From Gammaproteobacteria bacterium (GTDB lineage: Bacteria > Pseudomonadota > Gammaproteobacteria > SZUA-140), in contig WFVD01000004.1 in NCBI GenBank assembly GCA_015491865.1, forward strand, positions 17,294 to 81,293: 64,000 bases of DNA. The letters run 5' to 3'. The translations under genes and the position numbers were made by a program. Shown piece by piece: positions 12,033 through 24,270 of the stretch. The number at the start of each line of letters is the position of its first letter. Position 1 is the stretch's first letter. The notes beneath the pieces are model-generated. The model made no database searches. It was not told the DNA's origin and worked only from the letters and a program-made list of their open reading frames with translations.

Positions 12033-13286
12033 CTATTGATAGACCGGAAAACGTTTGCAGATGGCCAGCACTTCGCCTTTAACACGGTTAATCAGCGCTT
12101 CATTGTGGTGGTCATCCAGCACATCGCAAATCCAGCCGGCCAGCTGTTCTGACTCTGCAACCGTAAAGCCGCGCGTGGTGATGGCTGGCGTGCCGATACG
12201 GATACCACTGGTCACAAACGGCGACTGTGGGTCATTCGGCACACTGTTTTTATTGACCGTGATGTTGCTTGCCCCCAGCGCTGCATCGGCCTCTTTACCG
12301 GTCATCCCTTTATCGATCAGGTCAACCAGAAAGAGGTGATTTTCAGTCTTGCCCGAGACGATGTTATATCCACGCGCCTGCATCACACCTGCCATCGCCT
12401 GCGCATTGGCAACCACCTGCGTTTGGTAGACCTTAAATTCAGGCAGTAACGCCTCTTTAAAAGCCACCGCCTTGCCGGCAATGACATGCATCAGCGGCCC
12501 GCCCTGGGTACCCGGAAAAACCATTGAGTTCAGTTTTTTCTCAATTTCTGGATTGCTCTTCGCCAGAATGATGCCGCCGCGTGGACCGCGCAGTGTTTTA
12601 TGGGTGGTTGAGGTGGTGACATCGGCAATCTCAACAGGGCTTGGGTAGAGGCCCGCCGCCACCAGCCCCGCGACATGCGCCATATCGACCACCAGATAAG
12701 CGCCTACTTTGTCGGCAATATCACGGAAACGCTGCCAGTCAACCACACGTGAGTAGGCACTGAAACCAGCTATCACCATTTTGGGTTTATGCTCAAGCGC
12801 GAGCGCTTCGGCCTGGTCGTAATCGATCTCGCCCGTCTCTTCATTCAGACCATACTGCACTGCATTAAAGATCTTGCCGGAAAAACTCACTTTGGAACCG
12901 TGAGTCAGGTGGCCACCATGTGCCAGGCTCATCCCCATAATGGTATCACCCGCGCTCAACAGCGCCAGATAAACTGCTGCATTCGCCTGGGAACCGGAGT
13001 GCGGCTGCACATTGGCATAATCGGCATTAAAAAGCGTTTTAAGGCGATCAATCGCCAGCTGCTCAACAACATCAACATGTTCGCAGCCGCCGTAATAGCG
13101 TTTGAACGGATAGCCTTCTGCATACTTGTTGGTCAGCACAGAACCCTGCGCCTCCATCACGCGAGGACTGGTGTAATTCTCAGAAGCAATCAGCTCAATA
13201 TGCTCCTCCTGACGAACCGCCTCTTGCTCCATTGCTAAAAACAACTCATCGTCAAACCCGCTAATCGACATATCCGATGTAAACAT
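12033..13286 (-). CDS. glyA: serine hydroxymethyltransferase
   Basis: 417 aa; PLP-lysine region [12 protein letters not shown]. Confidence 0.95.
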   Translation of the reverse strand: MFTSDMSISGFDDELFLAMEQEAVRQEEHIELIASENYTSPRVMEAQGSVLTNKYAEGYPFKRYYGGCEHVDVVEQLAIDRLKTLFNADYANVQPHSGSQANAAVYLALLSAGDTIMGMSLAHGGHLTHGSKVSFSGKIFNAVQYGLNEETGEIDYDQAEALALEHKPKMVIAGFSAYSRVVDWQRFRDIADKVGAYLVVDMAHVAGLVAAGLYPSPVEIADVTTSTTHKTLRGPRGGIILAKSNPEIEKKLNSMVFPGTQGGPLMHVIAGKAVAFKEALLPEFKVYQTQVVANAQAMAGVMQARGYNIVSGKTENHLFLVDLIDKGMTGKEADAALGASNITVNKNSVPNDPQSPFVTSGIRIGTPAITTRGFTVAESEQLAGWICDVLDDHHNEALINRVKGEVLAICKRFPVYQ

Positions 13287-13474
13287 CTATTCCTTTCTCC
13301 AAAATCGCCCGAGTGGCCGTCATTTAACGCCACCAGAAAACCATTAAAACTAAAGCGGGGTATGATACCTGATCACGAAAAATTACTCATTATCAAGATA
13401 CTGAGACCTTTGCACGAACAGGAGTTCTGTTCTCTGACCAGGCAAAAGCGCGCGGAGTGAGGGAGTTTATAACT

Positions 13475-13540
13475 ATAAATGACCGATTGAGTACGCTTTT
13501 AACACCGCCAGAGGGCAAAAAGAACAATCCTCCAAAGGCC
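13475..13540. repeat. copy A of a roughly 62-nt intergenic element (second copy at 60635-60700)
   Basis: about 50 of 62 nt identical to copy B, same orientation; shared blocks GACCGATTGA, CGCTTTTAAC, GCCAGAGGG, CAAAGG. Confidence 0.6.
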
Positions 13541-13870
13541 TCATACATGACACGTCAGGCGGTGCAAACAGGCGCTCCCTGATAGTATCGATAGATAAAC
13601 CCACCTTTCGTATTGACGGATAACCGTTAACCAACGAACGATATAATCCTGCCGCGCTGACAGAAAAATGGTGACATACAAGGTCAAATATAATTCCTAA
13701 CTTACTGTTTAATATATAAAATAAACAAAATCAGGAAATCAGACATATTAAATATAAAATCTCAGAAACCGCGCCTATTTAGCGTATAATAGTCATAATA
13801 TTGACAATTTTTGCAAGAGACTATTTCTGCTTTTTGTTCGGGAGGGACCCCAGAAAAAGTAACAACTTAA

Positions 13871-15226
13871 ATGACCTCCTTCACCCAACAGAGCACAACA
13901 TCAACGATTCTGAAGCTTCTCGACCTGTCGAGACAAGAGCAGGCCGGTGCTGATATTGTGCATCTTCATATTAAGAGCATGCTCGCCGCACAGGAAGCGG
14001 AGCAACGGCAGCAGCATGAGGCCTACTGCTCACTCTTTTCCACACTACTGTCATGTTGCCACCAGCAGTCAGCCATGGGGAGCCCGCTTCAGAAACACCT
14101 GGAACTGCTTAAATTGAGACTGGAGACCAGCCCGACGCTCTCCGAGCTCAATGAAGTGAAAGCGGTTCTTGCAAAAATTGCTGATGACAATCGAGGTTTG
14201 CACCCAGATGTAGCGAATAAAACAGATGATAGAAGCTCAACCAGCCCTAGCCCTTATCGACCGCAGGCCACAGAAAAATCAGACCCCCCCGTCCCGGAAG
14301 TGGAACCCGTCCCCGCGCCACTAATGCCCACTCGAGAGAGACCCCAGATCAGTAGTGAATTCCTGCTCCTGGATAAAAAAAGAAGACATATGGAAGAGAT
14401 TCAGGCGGCGCTTTCTCACCACCTGACAGAGGTGTCTGAGCAAAATAGAGCGTTAGGACGGGCGCTTAATACTGAACGCCACAACATCAACAACAGCAGC
14501 AATATTGGCGAGTTGCAGACACTCAAGCTGGAACTCGCCAATGAGATCTCTAACCTGCTAAAAAACCATGAGTCATTGACTGAAAAGCTCGACGGTGCCA
14601 GCAAGTTCCTGCAGATTATCGAGAGTGAAGGTCAGGAACTGAGTGATGAACTTAAAAAAGCACACACGCTCAGTTTAACCGATGAGTTGACACAGCTACC
14701 CAACCGGCGCGCCTTCTTTAAACGCATTGAAGATGAGGTCTCACGTGTTCAGCGCTATGAGTATCCACTCTGCCTGGCACTTATCGACCTCGATTCATTT
14801 AAGGCGATCAATGACCGCTACGGCCATACAGCTGGCGATGAGGTGTTACGGAATTTTGCGGAGCGCGCACTCTCCGGCTTCAGACACCACGACCTGGCAT
14901 CGCGGTATGGCGGTGAAGAGTTCGCCGTGATCCTGCCCAATACAGACCTCGCTGGCGCTCAACGCGCGCTGGAAAAGGTACGTGGACGGACCAGCCAGTG
15001 CACCTTTCAGTATGATGGCAACACCTTCCCAATCCCCACCTTCTCCGCCGGTATTGCCCATTATGCTGCGGGAGAGCCACCGGCATCGTTCATTGAGCGT
15101 GCTGACAAGGCACTCTACCGCGCGAAACGGTTGGGACGTAATCGAATTGAGATTGCAGCAGTGGAAAAAGATGAGATAACCGCCCGGCCATCTCATCACG
15201 CATCACAAAAGGCGGAAGATAACTAG
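13871..15226 (+). CDS. diguanylate cyclase (N-terminal coiled-coil domain + GGDEF)
   Basis: 451 aa; active GGEEF motif (RYGGEEFAVILP); RxxD I-site-like motif; preceded by a 580-nt AT-rich intergenic region. Confidence 0.85.
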   Translation: MTSFTQQSTTSTILKLLDLSRQEQAGADIVHLHIKSMLAAQEAEQRQQHEAYCSLFSTLLSCCHQQSAMGSPLQKHLELLKLRLETSPTLSELNEVKAVLAKIADDNRGLHPDVANKTDDRSSTSPSPYRPQATEKSDPPVPEVEPVPAPLMPTRERPQISSEFLLLDKKRRHMEEIQAALSHHLTEVSEQNRALGRALNTERHNINNSSNIGELQTLKLELANEISNLLKNHESLTEKLDGASKFLQIIESEGQELSDELKKAHTLSLTDELTQLPNRRAFFKRIEDEVSRVQRYEYPLCLALIDLDSFKAINDRYGHTAGDEVLRNFAERALSGFRHHDLASRYGGEEFAVILPNTDLAGAQRALEKVRGRTSQCTFQYDGNTFPIPTFSAGIAHYAAGEPPASFIERADKALYRAKRLGRNRIEIAAVEKDEITARPSHHASQKAEDN

Positions 15227-15320
15227 GAGATGTGCTCAACACCCTCACTCAGATAATTGAGAACATCCCTCAGGGAGTGCTGGAAAAATCGGTGGCTGTC
15301 ATCACTCATCAGCTCCAGCA

Positions 15321-16274
15321 TTAAGGCTGGTCACCTACCCCTTCAACATCATCCGCACCCTCTTTTTTAACCGGCATCAGATCCTGTTTGCTGATACCCA
15401 GCGCCAGCGCGGTTGCGCTCGCAACATAAACAGATGAGTAAGTGCCCACGATAATGCCGATAATTAGCGCCGTCGCGAAACTGTGAATAATCTCGCCGCC
15501 AAGTACAAACAGCGCCATCAACACAAAGAGGGTTGTCAGCGAGGTCACCAGTGTACGAGAGAGCATCTGATTGATGGATCTATTCGAGACATCAACCGGC
15601 GTCCCCTTACGCATTTTACGGAAATTTTCACGGATACGATCAAACACGACGATGGTGTCGTTCAGCGAGTAACCGATCACCGCCAGAATCGCCGCCAGTG
15701 TAGTGAGGTCAAACTCAAGTTGCAGAATCGAGAAGATCCCTAGCGTAATCACCACATCATGCACCAGCGCCACCACAGAACCCACGGCAAAACGCTTCTC
15801 GAAACGTAACGTGATGTAGATAAGAATACCGAACAGCGCATAGATCATCGCCAGGCCACCATCTTCGGTCAGCTCATCGCCCACCTGCGGACCAACAAAC
15901 TCAACACGCCGCATCTCCACTTCATCCGAATTTGGCCCGGCATGCAACGCATTCAGCACATCACTACTCAGATCGACATTAGACTTTCCATTGACAGGTG
16001 GAACACGAATCAACACATCTTTTGAGGTGCCAAAATGCTGTGCAATGGCGTCACCATAGCCGGCATCTTCCAGGGTCTCGCGCACCTCGCCAAGATCAAC
16101 GGTACTGTTATAACCCACTTCAATCAGCGTACCGCCGGTAAAGTCGATCCCAAGGTTCAGGCCTCGCGTGGCCAGCGAGGCGATGGAGATAAGCACCAGC
16201 ACCAGCGACAGAATCAACGCAAGCTTACGCTTACCCATAAAATCAAATGAAGGCTCTTTATTAAATATTTTCAT
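15321..16274 (-). CDS. secF: protein translocase subunit SecF
   Basis: 317 aa; six-TM SecF architecture; immediately downstream of secD. Confidence 0.9.
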   Translation of the reverse strand: MKIFNKEPSFDFMGKRKLALILSLVLVLISIASLATRGLNLGIDFTGGTLIEVGYNSTVDLGEVRETLEDAGYGDAIAQHFGTSKDVLIRVPPVNGKSNVDLSSDVLNALHAGPNSDEVEMRRVEFVGPQVGDELTEDGGLAMIYALFGILIYITLRFEKRFAVGSVVALVHDVVITLGIFSILQLEFDLTTLAAILAVIGYSLNDTIVVFDRIRENFRKMRKGTPVDVSNRSINQMLSRTLVTSLTTLFVLMALFVLGGEIIHSFATALIIGIIVGTYSSVYVASATALALGISKQDLMPVKKEGADDVEGVGDQP

Positions 16275-16299
16275 CTAATCACTCATCCATTCGTTGCGG

Positions 16300-18165
16300 C
16301 TAGATCGCCAGCTTTTTGATTTTACGGCCACCATAAATCAGGTTGATAACGGCGCGTGTTCCCATGATTGCGGTAAACATTGAGGTGACGATACCGATCG
16401 ATAACGTAATCGCAAACCCCTTAATCGGTCCGGTACCAAAAGCGTAGAGCACCAGCGCTGCAATCAAGGTTGTAATATTGGCGTCGGCGATCGTCGAAAG
16501 CGCCTTGTCATAACCCGCATTAATACTCGCCTGCGGCGAGTTACCACTGCGAATCTCCTCCCGGATGCGCTCAAAAATCAGCACATTGGCATCGACCGCC
16601 ATACCAACTGTCAACACAATACCGGCAATACCGGGTAGGGTGAGCGTTGCCTGCAGCATCGAAAGGACCGCTACAATCATCACCAGATTCACGGTCAATG
16701 CGATGTTTGCAACCAGCCCAAAGATGCGGTACCACACTGCCATAAAGATCATGACAATGATAAAACCGGTAACAACTGAAGCGACGCCCTGGTCAATATT
16801 TTCCTGACCCAGGCTCGGCCCAACGGTACGCTCTTCGACAATCTCAATCGGTGCCGCCAGCGCGCCCGCCCTTAGCAGCAAGGCGAGATCTCGTGCTTCA
16901 TCGGTACTATCAAGCCCGGTAATCTGGAAACGTTTGCTGAACTGGTCACGAATCACCGCGACGTTGATCACCTCTTCGATCTTCCTCTTGGTCTTGACCA
17001 GCTCACCATCAATACGTTTGGTATCGACCTTGTTTTCGATAAAGACCACCGCCATCGGTTTTCCGATATTGTCGCGGGTGGTGTCGGCCATCTTGCGAGC
17101 CCCTTTGCTATCAAGCGAGATAAAGACGGTAGGCGAACCGTTCTGCTGCTCAATACCTGAGGCGGCATCGATAATCTGATCACCGGTGACGATAATCCGT
17201 TTTTTCAGCAGAATAGGGCTGCCGTTTCGTTCTTTGTAGAGGCGGGTACCAACCGGTGGCCGCCCCGCCAGTGCCGCCTGGACATCTGCGTTTTCAACCG
17301 CCATTCTGAATTCAAGCGTGGCCGTCGCACCAAGAATCTCTTTAGCGCGTGCCGTGTCCTGAATGCCCGGCAGCTGAACCACGATACGGTTCTGACCCTG
17401 CTGTTGAACCACTGGCTCTGCGACACCCAGTTCATTGACACGATTTCGCAGTGTGATCACATTCTGTTGCAACGCCATCTTCTTGATTTCACGAATCTCC
17501 TGTTCGCTAATCGTCACGATAAGAAAGGCATCGCCCCCGCGCTCTTCCGGCTCGAGCAGCAGCCGGGGATACTCTTTACGAATGATCGCAGAGGCGGCAT
17601 CACGATCGCTTGCGTTGCGAAATTTAATCTCAACCGCATTGCCACTGCTGGTTTTGGCTATGGAGAGATAGCGCACCTTTTCACTGCGTAAGATAGAACG
17701 CAGATCACTGACATAACGCTCGCCGGCCTGGCGCATCGCTGCAACCATATCCACCTCCATCAGAAAATGGACTCCCCCCCGCAGATCGAGCCCGAGGTAC
17801 ATCGGCGCTGCATTCAGCGCACTTAACCAGGCGGGGGTTGCAGGTGAGAGGTTGAGTGCAGAGACATAGTTATCCCCCATCTTTTCGTCGATGAGATCTT
17901 TTGCACGCAGTTGGTCTTCGGTATTGTTGAAGCGTATCAACATCCCGCGGGGCACCTTCTCAAAGGACTTGAACGTGATTCCCTCACCCTTCAATAATTC
18001 TGTGACACGCATTCTGCTTTCATCATCGATCGGCGCACCGCGCAGTGGTGAAACCTGCACGGAAGGGTCATCACCATAGAGATTCGGCAGCGCATAAAGC
18101 GCGCCGGTCAGGATCACCACTGCGATCAGAACATATTTCCAGACGGGGTATTGATTCATCGTCAA
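16300..18165 (-). CDS. secD: protein translocase subunit SecD
   Basis: 621 aa; large periplasmic loop plus C-terminal RND-like TM bundle. Confidence 0.9.
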   Translation of the reverse strand: MTMNQYPVWKYVLIAVVILTGALYALPNLYGDDPSVQVSPLRGAPIDDESRMRVTELLKGEGITFKSFEKVPRGMLIRFNNTEDQLRAKDLIDEKMGDNYVSALNLSPATPAWLSALNAAPMYLGLDLRGGVHFLMEVDMVAAMRQAGERYVSDLRSILRSEKVRYLSIAKTSSGNAVEIKFRNASDRDAASAIIRKEYPRLLLEPEERGGDAFLIVTISEQEIREIKKMALQQNVITLRNRVNELGVAEPVVQQQGQNRIVVQLPGIQDTARAKEILGATATLEFRMAVENADVQAALAGRPPVGTRLYKERNGSPILLKKRIIVTGDQIIDAASGIEQQNGSPTVFISLDSKGARKMADTTRDNIGKPMAVVFIENKVDTKRIDGELVKTKRKIEEVINVAVIRDQFSKRFQITGLDSTDEARDLALLLRAGALAAPIEIVEERTVGPSLGQENIDQGVASVVTGFIIVMIFMAVWYRIFGLVANIALTVNLVMIVAVLSMLQATLTLPGIAGIVLTVGMAVDANVLIFERIREEIRSGNSPQASINAGYDKALSTIADANITTLIAALVLYAFGTGPIKGFAITLSIGIVTSMFTAIMGTRAVINLIYGGRKIKKLAI

Positions 18166-18195
18166 CTAGCCTTTACTTTCAAACAGATCTTAAAT

Positions 18196-18531
18196 CTATG
18201 CTTTCCCTTTCATCGTGCCTTTTGGCATCAGTGATGAAACGGCACTGCGCTGAACCTTGATCTCCAGCCCGTTTGCGATCTCCAGCCCGATAAAGCTTTC
18301 ATCGACATTGGTGATCTTGCCCAGTATGCCGCCTGAGGTGACCACTTCATCTCCTTTCGCCAGCGCCGCCACCATGGTTCGATGCTCTTTGCTCCGCTTG
18401 ATCTGAGGCCTTAGCAATAAAAAGTAAAAAATAATAAAGATCAATATCAATGGCAGCAGGCCCATCAATCCCGCATCACCCGCTGGAGCTGCCGCGCCTT
18501 CGGCCCACGCATCATTAATAAAAAAGCTCAT
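18196..18531 (-). CDS. yajC: preprotein translocase subunit YajC
   Basis: 111 aa; single TM; conserved yajC-secD-secF order. Confidence 0.85.
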   Translation of the reverse strand: MSFFINDAWAEGAAAPAGDAGLMGLLPLILIFIIFYFLLLRPQIKRSKEHRTMVAALAKGDEVVTSGGILGKITNVDESFIGLEIANGLEIKVQRSAVSSLMPKGTMKGKA

Positions 18532-18762
18532 TTTTCCCCTCTCCTGTCAAAATCAAATAGTTCAAATATCAATACAATTCAAATCTGCTAACAAACAGCC
18601 TGTAACTGCTCAAATTACACCTGACCGGCTCGAGAGTAGAAAAGTGCTCGGTCGGTACCCTGTAATAATGGAGACTACAGGCACCCCTTCGGCCACACTT
18701 TTGACATTATCAGCGAACAAATCAAGGGTGAGCTGAACAGTTGCTAATTCAACAGCGCAGCA

Positions 18763-20941
<2,179 letters not shown>

Positions 20942-20987
20942 CGCTACGACGGTTACTCATCTGTTTCTCTATTGCCGCACAGTCAGC

Positions 20988-21017
20988 TTGTAACACTGTG
21001 CGGTTCACTTGTATAAT
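20988..21017 (+). promoter_or_regulatory. sigma70-like promoter for tRNA-Leu (-35 TTGTAA, 18-nt spacer, -10 TATAAT)
   Basis: TATAAT at 21012-21017, 13 nt upstream of the tRNA 5' end. Confidence 0.45.
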
Positions 21018-21030
21018 CCGCGTTCCCTGT

Positions 21031-21116
21031 GCCGGGGTGGCGGAACTGGTAGACGCGTCGGATTCAAAATCCGATGGCCTTTGGTCGTGAGAGTTCGAGT
21101 CTCTCCCTCGGCACCA
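21031..21116 (+). tRNA. leuX: tRNA-Leu (anticodon CAA)
   Basis: cloverleaf folds by hand: acceptor GCCGGGG/CCTCGGC, anticodon loop TTCAAAA, long variable arm, T-loop GTTCGAGTC, 3' CCA encoded; near-identical in framework to E. coli leuX. Confidence 0.88.
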
Positions 21117-21345
21117 TACTACGGCACTACGACGTCATCGCTATCACGCCGCTTCATGTCCCATAGCCCTGCGGCGCGCCATCATAGCATAAGCCGGTGC
21201 GTCCAGATCAACCGCGACCACTTAAGTCAGCGTGCGCCACCAGAGAGAAGCAAAAGCGCTCCTTTCGCTCGATATGCTATCATCACACCACAGTGCGCCA
21301 CCGTGACACACTGTTTCAAGGGATTTTCCAACGCGAGACAACCGA

Positions 21346-23532
21346 ATGGGGTCGTCAATGGAAAACTGTCATCAAGCTACCCTGCCGCCCGCCGCTCGAA
21401 AAATAGTGCTGGCGCGTCATCACGATCCATTTGAATACCTTGGTCGGCACACCACGCAGCGCCAGAGTCGGCAGGAGACCGTCATTCGTGTCATCCTGCC
21501 AACGGCTGTTAGCGCATCACTCATTGAACCACCGCTAGCGTTTCAGCGTGTCGCCGGGACTGTTATTTTTGAGCTCACAACGATAGATACGGCGATCCCC
21601 CAGCATTACGCTGTTGAATGGATAAGTGGTGATGGGCGCGTTCAGCGCCACCATGATAGTTACCGTTTCCCTGCACAGATCACAGAGCATGAACTGGCGC
21701 TCTTTCTCAACAGTAAACTGCACCGGGCAGATAAGATACTTGGTGCCCACCTCATCACTGTCGATGGCGTTGTCGGGGTGCTGTTCGCCACCTGGGCACC
21801 CAATGCAGAGCGTGTTAGTGTCGTGGGTCATTTCAACCAGTGGGACGGTCGCTGCCATGCGATGAGAGCCAGAGGTGCTAGCGGCATCTGGGAGATTTTC
21901 ATCCCAGAGCTAGCCCCTGGTGAACCGTATCAGTTTGAACTGCGTAACCATCACAGCGGGACGGTTCAGCTAAAGCCAGACCCTTATGCGCAGCAGTTTG
22001 ATACCGCTACAGGGCACCATGCGCTCGTCCCCGCAAACAGCCACCAGTGGAAAGATCAGCAGTGGATGTTCATACGGGCCTCATATGACTGGCAGCACAG
22101 CCCCATCTCCATCTATGAAGCCGACCTCACCACGTGGAAACGTAACCACAACGGCTCTCCGCTAAGCTACCGAACACTGGCTAAAGAGCTGCTCGGTTAT
22201 CTCTATCATGGGGGATTCACCCACCTTATGCTCTTTTCTGAATCATTGATAGCAACCGGCTCTGGCCTCTTTGCCCCCGATAGCCGCCTCGGGACAGCGG
22301 ATGATTTCAGATACTTCATTGACTGCTGTCATCAACGCCGCATAGGGGTAATAGTCAGCTGGCACACCGATCACCAGCCATCCGGTTGCGATAACCTTCG
22401 TCACTTTGATGGTGGGTCACTGTATGAACTGGAATCTGATCAGAACTGCAAACAAAATGCGGATAATCCACCACGGTTTGATTTTAGTCGGAACGGGGTT
22501 AGAAATTTTCTGATTTCAAGCGTCCTTTTCTGGCTCGACGCCTACCATATCGATGGCCTCAAACTGCGCACCACAACCGCTATGCTTTACCCCGATGAGC
22601 GCCAGGATGATGATGTGATTTCGCTGTTGCGTGAAATCAATGACCTTGCCTACCAGAAATACCCTGGCGTTTTGATGCTGGCAGAAGAGAATACGGTCTG
22701 GCCAGGGGTGACCCGGCCGAGTGGCCTTGGCGGCCTCGGCTTTAGCCTCAAGTGGAACATCGGCTGGCATCACGACACGCTACGGTATTTCTCGAATACA
22801 ACGGCAGCACGCCCAGCCCAGTATGAAACCCTTATCTTTAGCCAGAACTACGCCTTTAGTGAACACTTTATATTGCCACTTTCTCACCCTGGCAGTGGGA
22901 AAAACGAAACACCACTGCTGCAGCAGATGCCTGGAAAAATAGCACAACGTTTTGCGAACCTGCGCCTGCTCTATAGCTATATGTTTACCCATCCTGGAAA
23001 AAAACAACTCTTTATGGGAAGTGAGTTCGCTGCCACTACACAAGGAAACTCGCAGGAAGGGCTGCCGTGGGTGCTCGCGGAGAAAATGCTGCATAAAGGA
23101 TTATCCAGACTGGTCACCGAACTCAACTCAATCTACCGCAACACACCAGCCCTCCACTATTATGACCTTGAGGAAAAAGGGTTCAACTGGATAGAGAGCC
23201 ATGATTGTGGACAGTCATTAACTGTTTTTCAGCGAAATAGCAACGAGGATAGCGTCATCGTCGCACTAAATTTTTCTGATAAAACAAATAATGTCTATCG
23301 TATTGGTGTCTCGTATAATGCTATTTACAAAGAGATATTTAACTCGGATGCTCACCACTTTGGCGGCGAAGAGAGGCTCAATCACGGTGGCATAACTGCT
23401 GAGAATATCCCCTGGATGAAACAACCTTTTTCAGTCACGATCACCTTGCCAGCGCTCTCCGCGGTCATCATAAAGCCACTGATAAACATACCTGAAAACA
23501 CACTCATGCATGCGCCCACAACAGGCCGCTAA
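21346..23532 (+). CDS. glgB: 1,4-alpha-glucan branching enzyme
   Basis: 728 aa; N-terminal CBM48-like block (WAPNAERVSVVGHFNQWDG) plus GH13 catalytic domain; start codon uncertain. Confidence 0.85.
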   Translation: MGSSMENCHQATLPPAARKIVLARHHDPFEYLGRHTTQRQSRQETVIRVILPTAVSASLIEPPLAFQRVAGTVIFELTTIDTAIPQHYAVEWISGDGRVQRHHDSYRFPAQITEHELALFLNSKLHRADKILGAHLITVDGVVGVLFATWAPNAERVSVVGHFNQWDGRCHAMRARGASGIWEIFIPELAPGEPYQFELRNHHSGTVQLKPDPYAQQFDTATGHHALVPANSHQWKDQQWMFIRASYDWQHSPISIYEADLTTWKRNHNGSPLSYRTLAKELLGYLYHGGFTHLMLFSESLIATGSGLFAPDSRLGTADDFRYFIDCCHQRRIGVIVSWHTDHQPSGCDNLRHFDGGSLYELESDQNCKQNADNPPRFDFSRNGVRNFLISSVLFWLDAYHIDGLKLRTTTAMLYPDERQDDDVISLLREINDLAYQKYPGVLMLAEENTVWPGVTRPSGLGGLGFSLKWNIGWHHDTLRYFSNTTAARPAQYETLIFSQNYAFSEHFILPLSHPGSGKNETPLLQQMPGKIAQRFANLRLLYSYMFTHPGKKQLFMGSEFAATTQGNSQEGLPWVLAEKMLHKGLSRLVTELNSIYRNTPALHYYDLEEKGFNWIESHDCGQSLTVFQRNSNEDSVIVALNFSDKTNNVYRIGVSYNAIYKEIFNSDAHHFGGEERLNHGGITAENIPWMKQPFSVTITLPALSAVIIKPLINIPENTLMHAPTTGR

Positions 23533-24208
23533 CATAAAAAGTGGCCCATAACATAACAGGGAGTAGCCATTGAGCAAGTGGTGGCCTTTCAACAGGTGGT
23601 AGTATCACTTCGCGCGGCTTCTCTTCGCTAGCGCGCTCAACCACATGGTGAAATATATCGGCTGCTAATCGTCCGATCCCCCTGGCCTTGCGAGGTATGC
23701 GCCCCTTTTCTGGCAGATGAGTGGCGATAAGATCCTGCGCTTCTGCCATCGTTTCAAGCACCAGTGTCATGCGCAGTGCAACCACCTCGGCCTTAATACC
23801 CATCAGCTGTAGTGGGCGCGCAAGAAGATAGATCGCGGCTAACAGCTGCGTTTGTGAAAGTGAACGCAGTAGCAGATTGACACTCGCGATCACCAGCACT
23901 AACGCCAGCACACGCTGTAGTCCACTCGATACCCCCTCCGCAGACGGAAGCCAGCCGCTGAGTAACATCCCATGAACAAGCGGCGTTCCCGGTGTGAACC
24001 AGCAATAGATCACTAATATCGAGAAGAGAAACCAGCGCATCCGACGCAACATCATCCATGCCGATTTCAGAAGAGTGGTGTCACCGCGGTGATAAAGCAG
24101 CGCTAATAGTGACGTGGAAAGTAGCAACACTGGTGCTGACGGGAAGGCCAGTGATGCCACCAGCACCAGAAAGCAGGCGATTAAAATAACAGGTTTGGGT
24201 CTCAGCAT
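23504..24208 (-). CDS. polytopic membrane protein, possibly CbiQ/EcfT-like
   Basis: 234 aa; 5-6 predicted TM helices; ARG motif near the C-terminus; no ATPase partner in the window. Confidence 0.3.
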   Translation of the reverse strand: MLRPKPVILIACFLVLVASLAFPSAPVLLLSTSLLALLYHRGDTTLLKSAWMMLRRMRWFLFSILVIYCWFTPGTPLVHGMLLSGWLPSAEGVSSGLQRVLALVLVIASVNLLLRSLSQTQLLAAIYLLARPLQLMGIKAEVVALRMTLVLETMAEAQDLIATHLPEKGRIPRKARGIGRLAADIFHHVVERASEEKPREVILPPVERPPLAQWLLPVMLWATFYVSGLLWAHA

Positions 24209-24270
24209 AGCTTAAGTTCACGCAACGAAGTAGTCGCGTAGCGTCACGACATAAACTGGAAACCCTGAGT

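Noticed and set aside
13600-13640. TTGACG ... GATATAAT promoter-like hexamers upstream of the diguanylate cyclase
   Set aside because: Spacing between the hexamers is 21-23 nt, too long for a functional sigma70 promoter; not reported as a feature.
21009-21434. 141-aa ORF on the + strand overlapping tRNA-Leu
   Set aside because: It spans the tRNA gene and its promoter, has an Arg/Ser-rich low-complexity product and no RBS; it is an artefact of ORF calling across an RNA gene.
23504-24208. Possibility that the 234-aa membrane protein is the T component of an ECF transporter
   Set aside because: There is no ECF A/A' ATPase or S component nearby and my motif recall (ARG) is weak. It is kept only as a low-confidence membrane protein.
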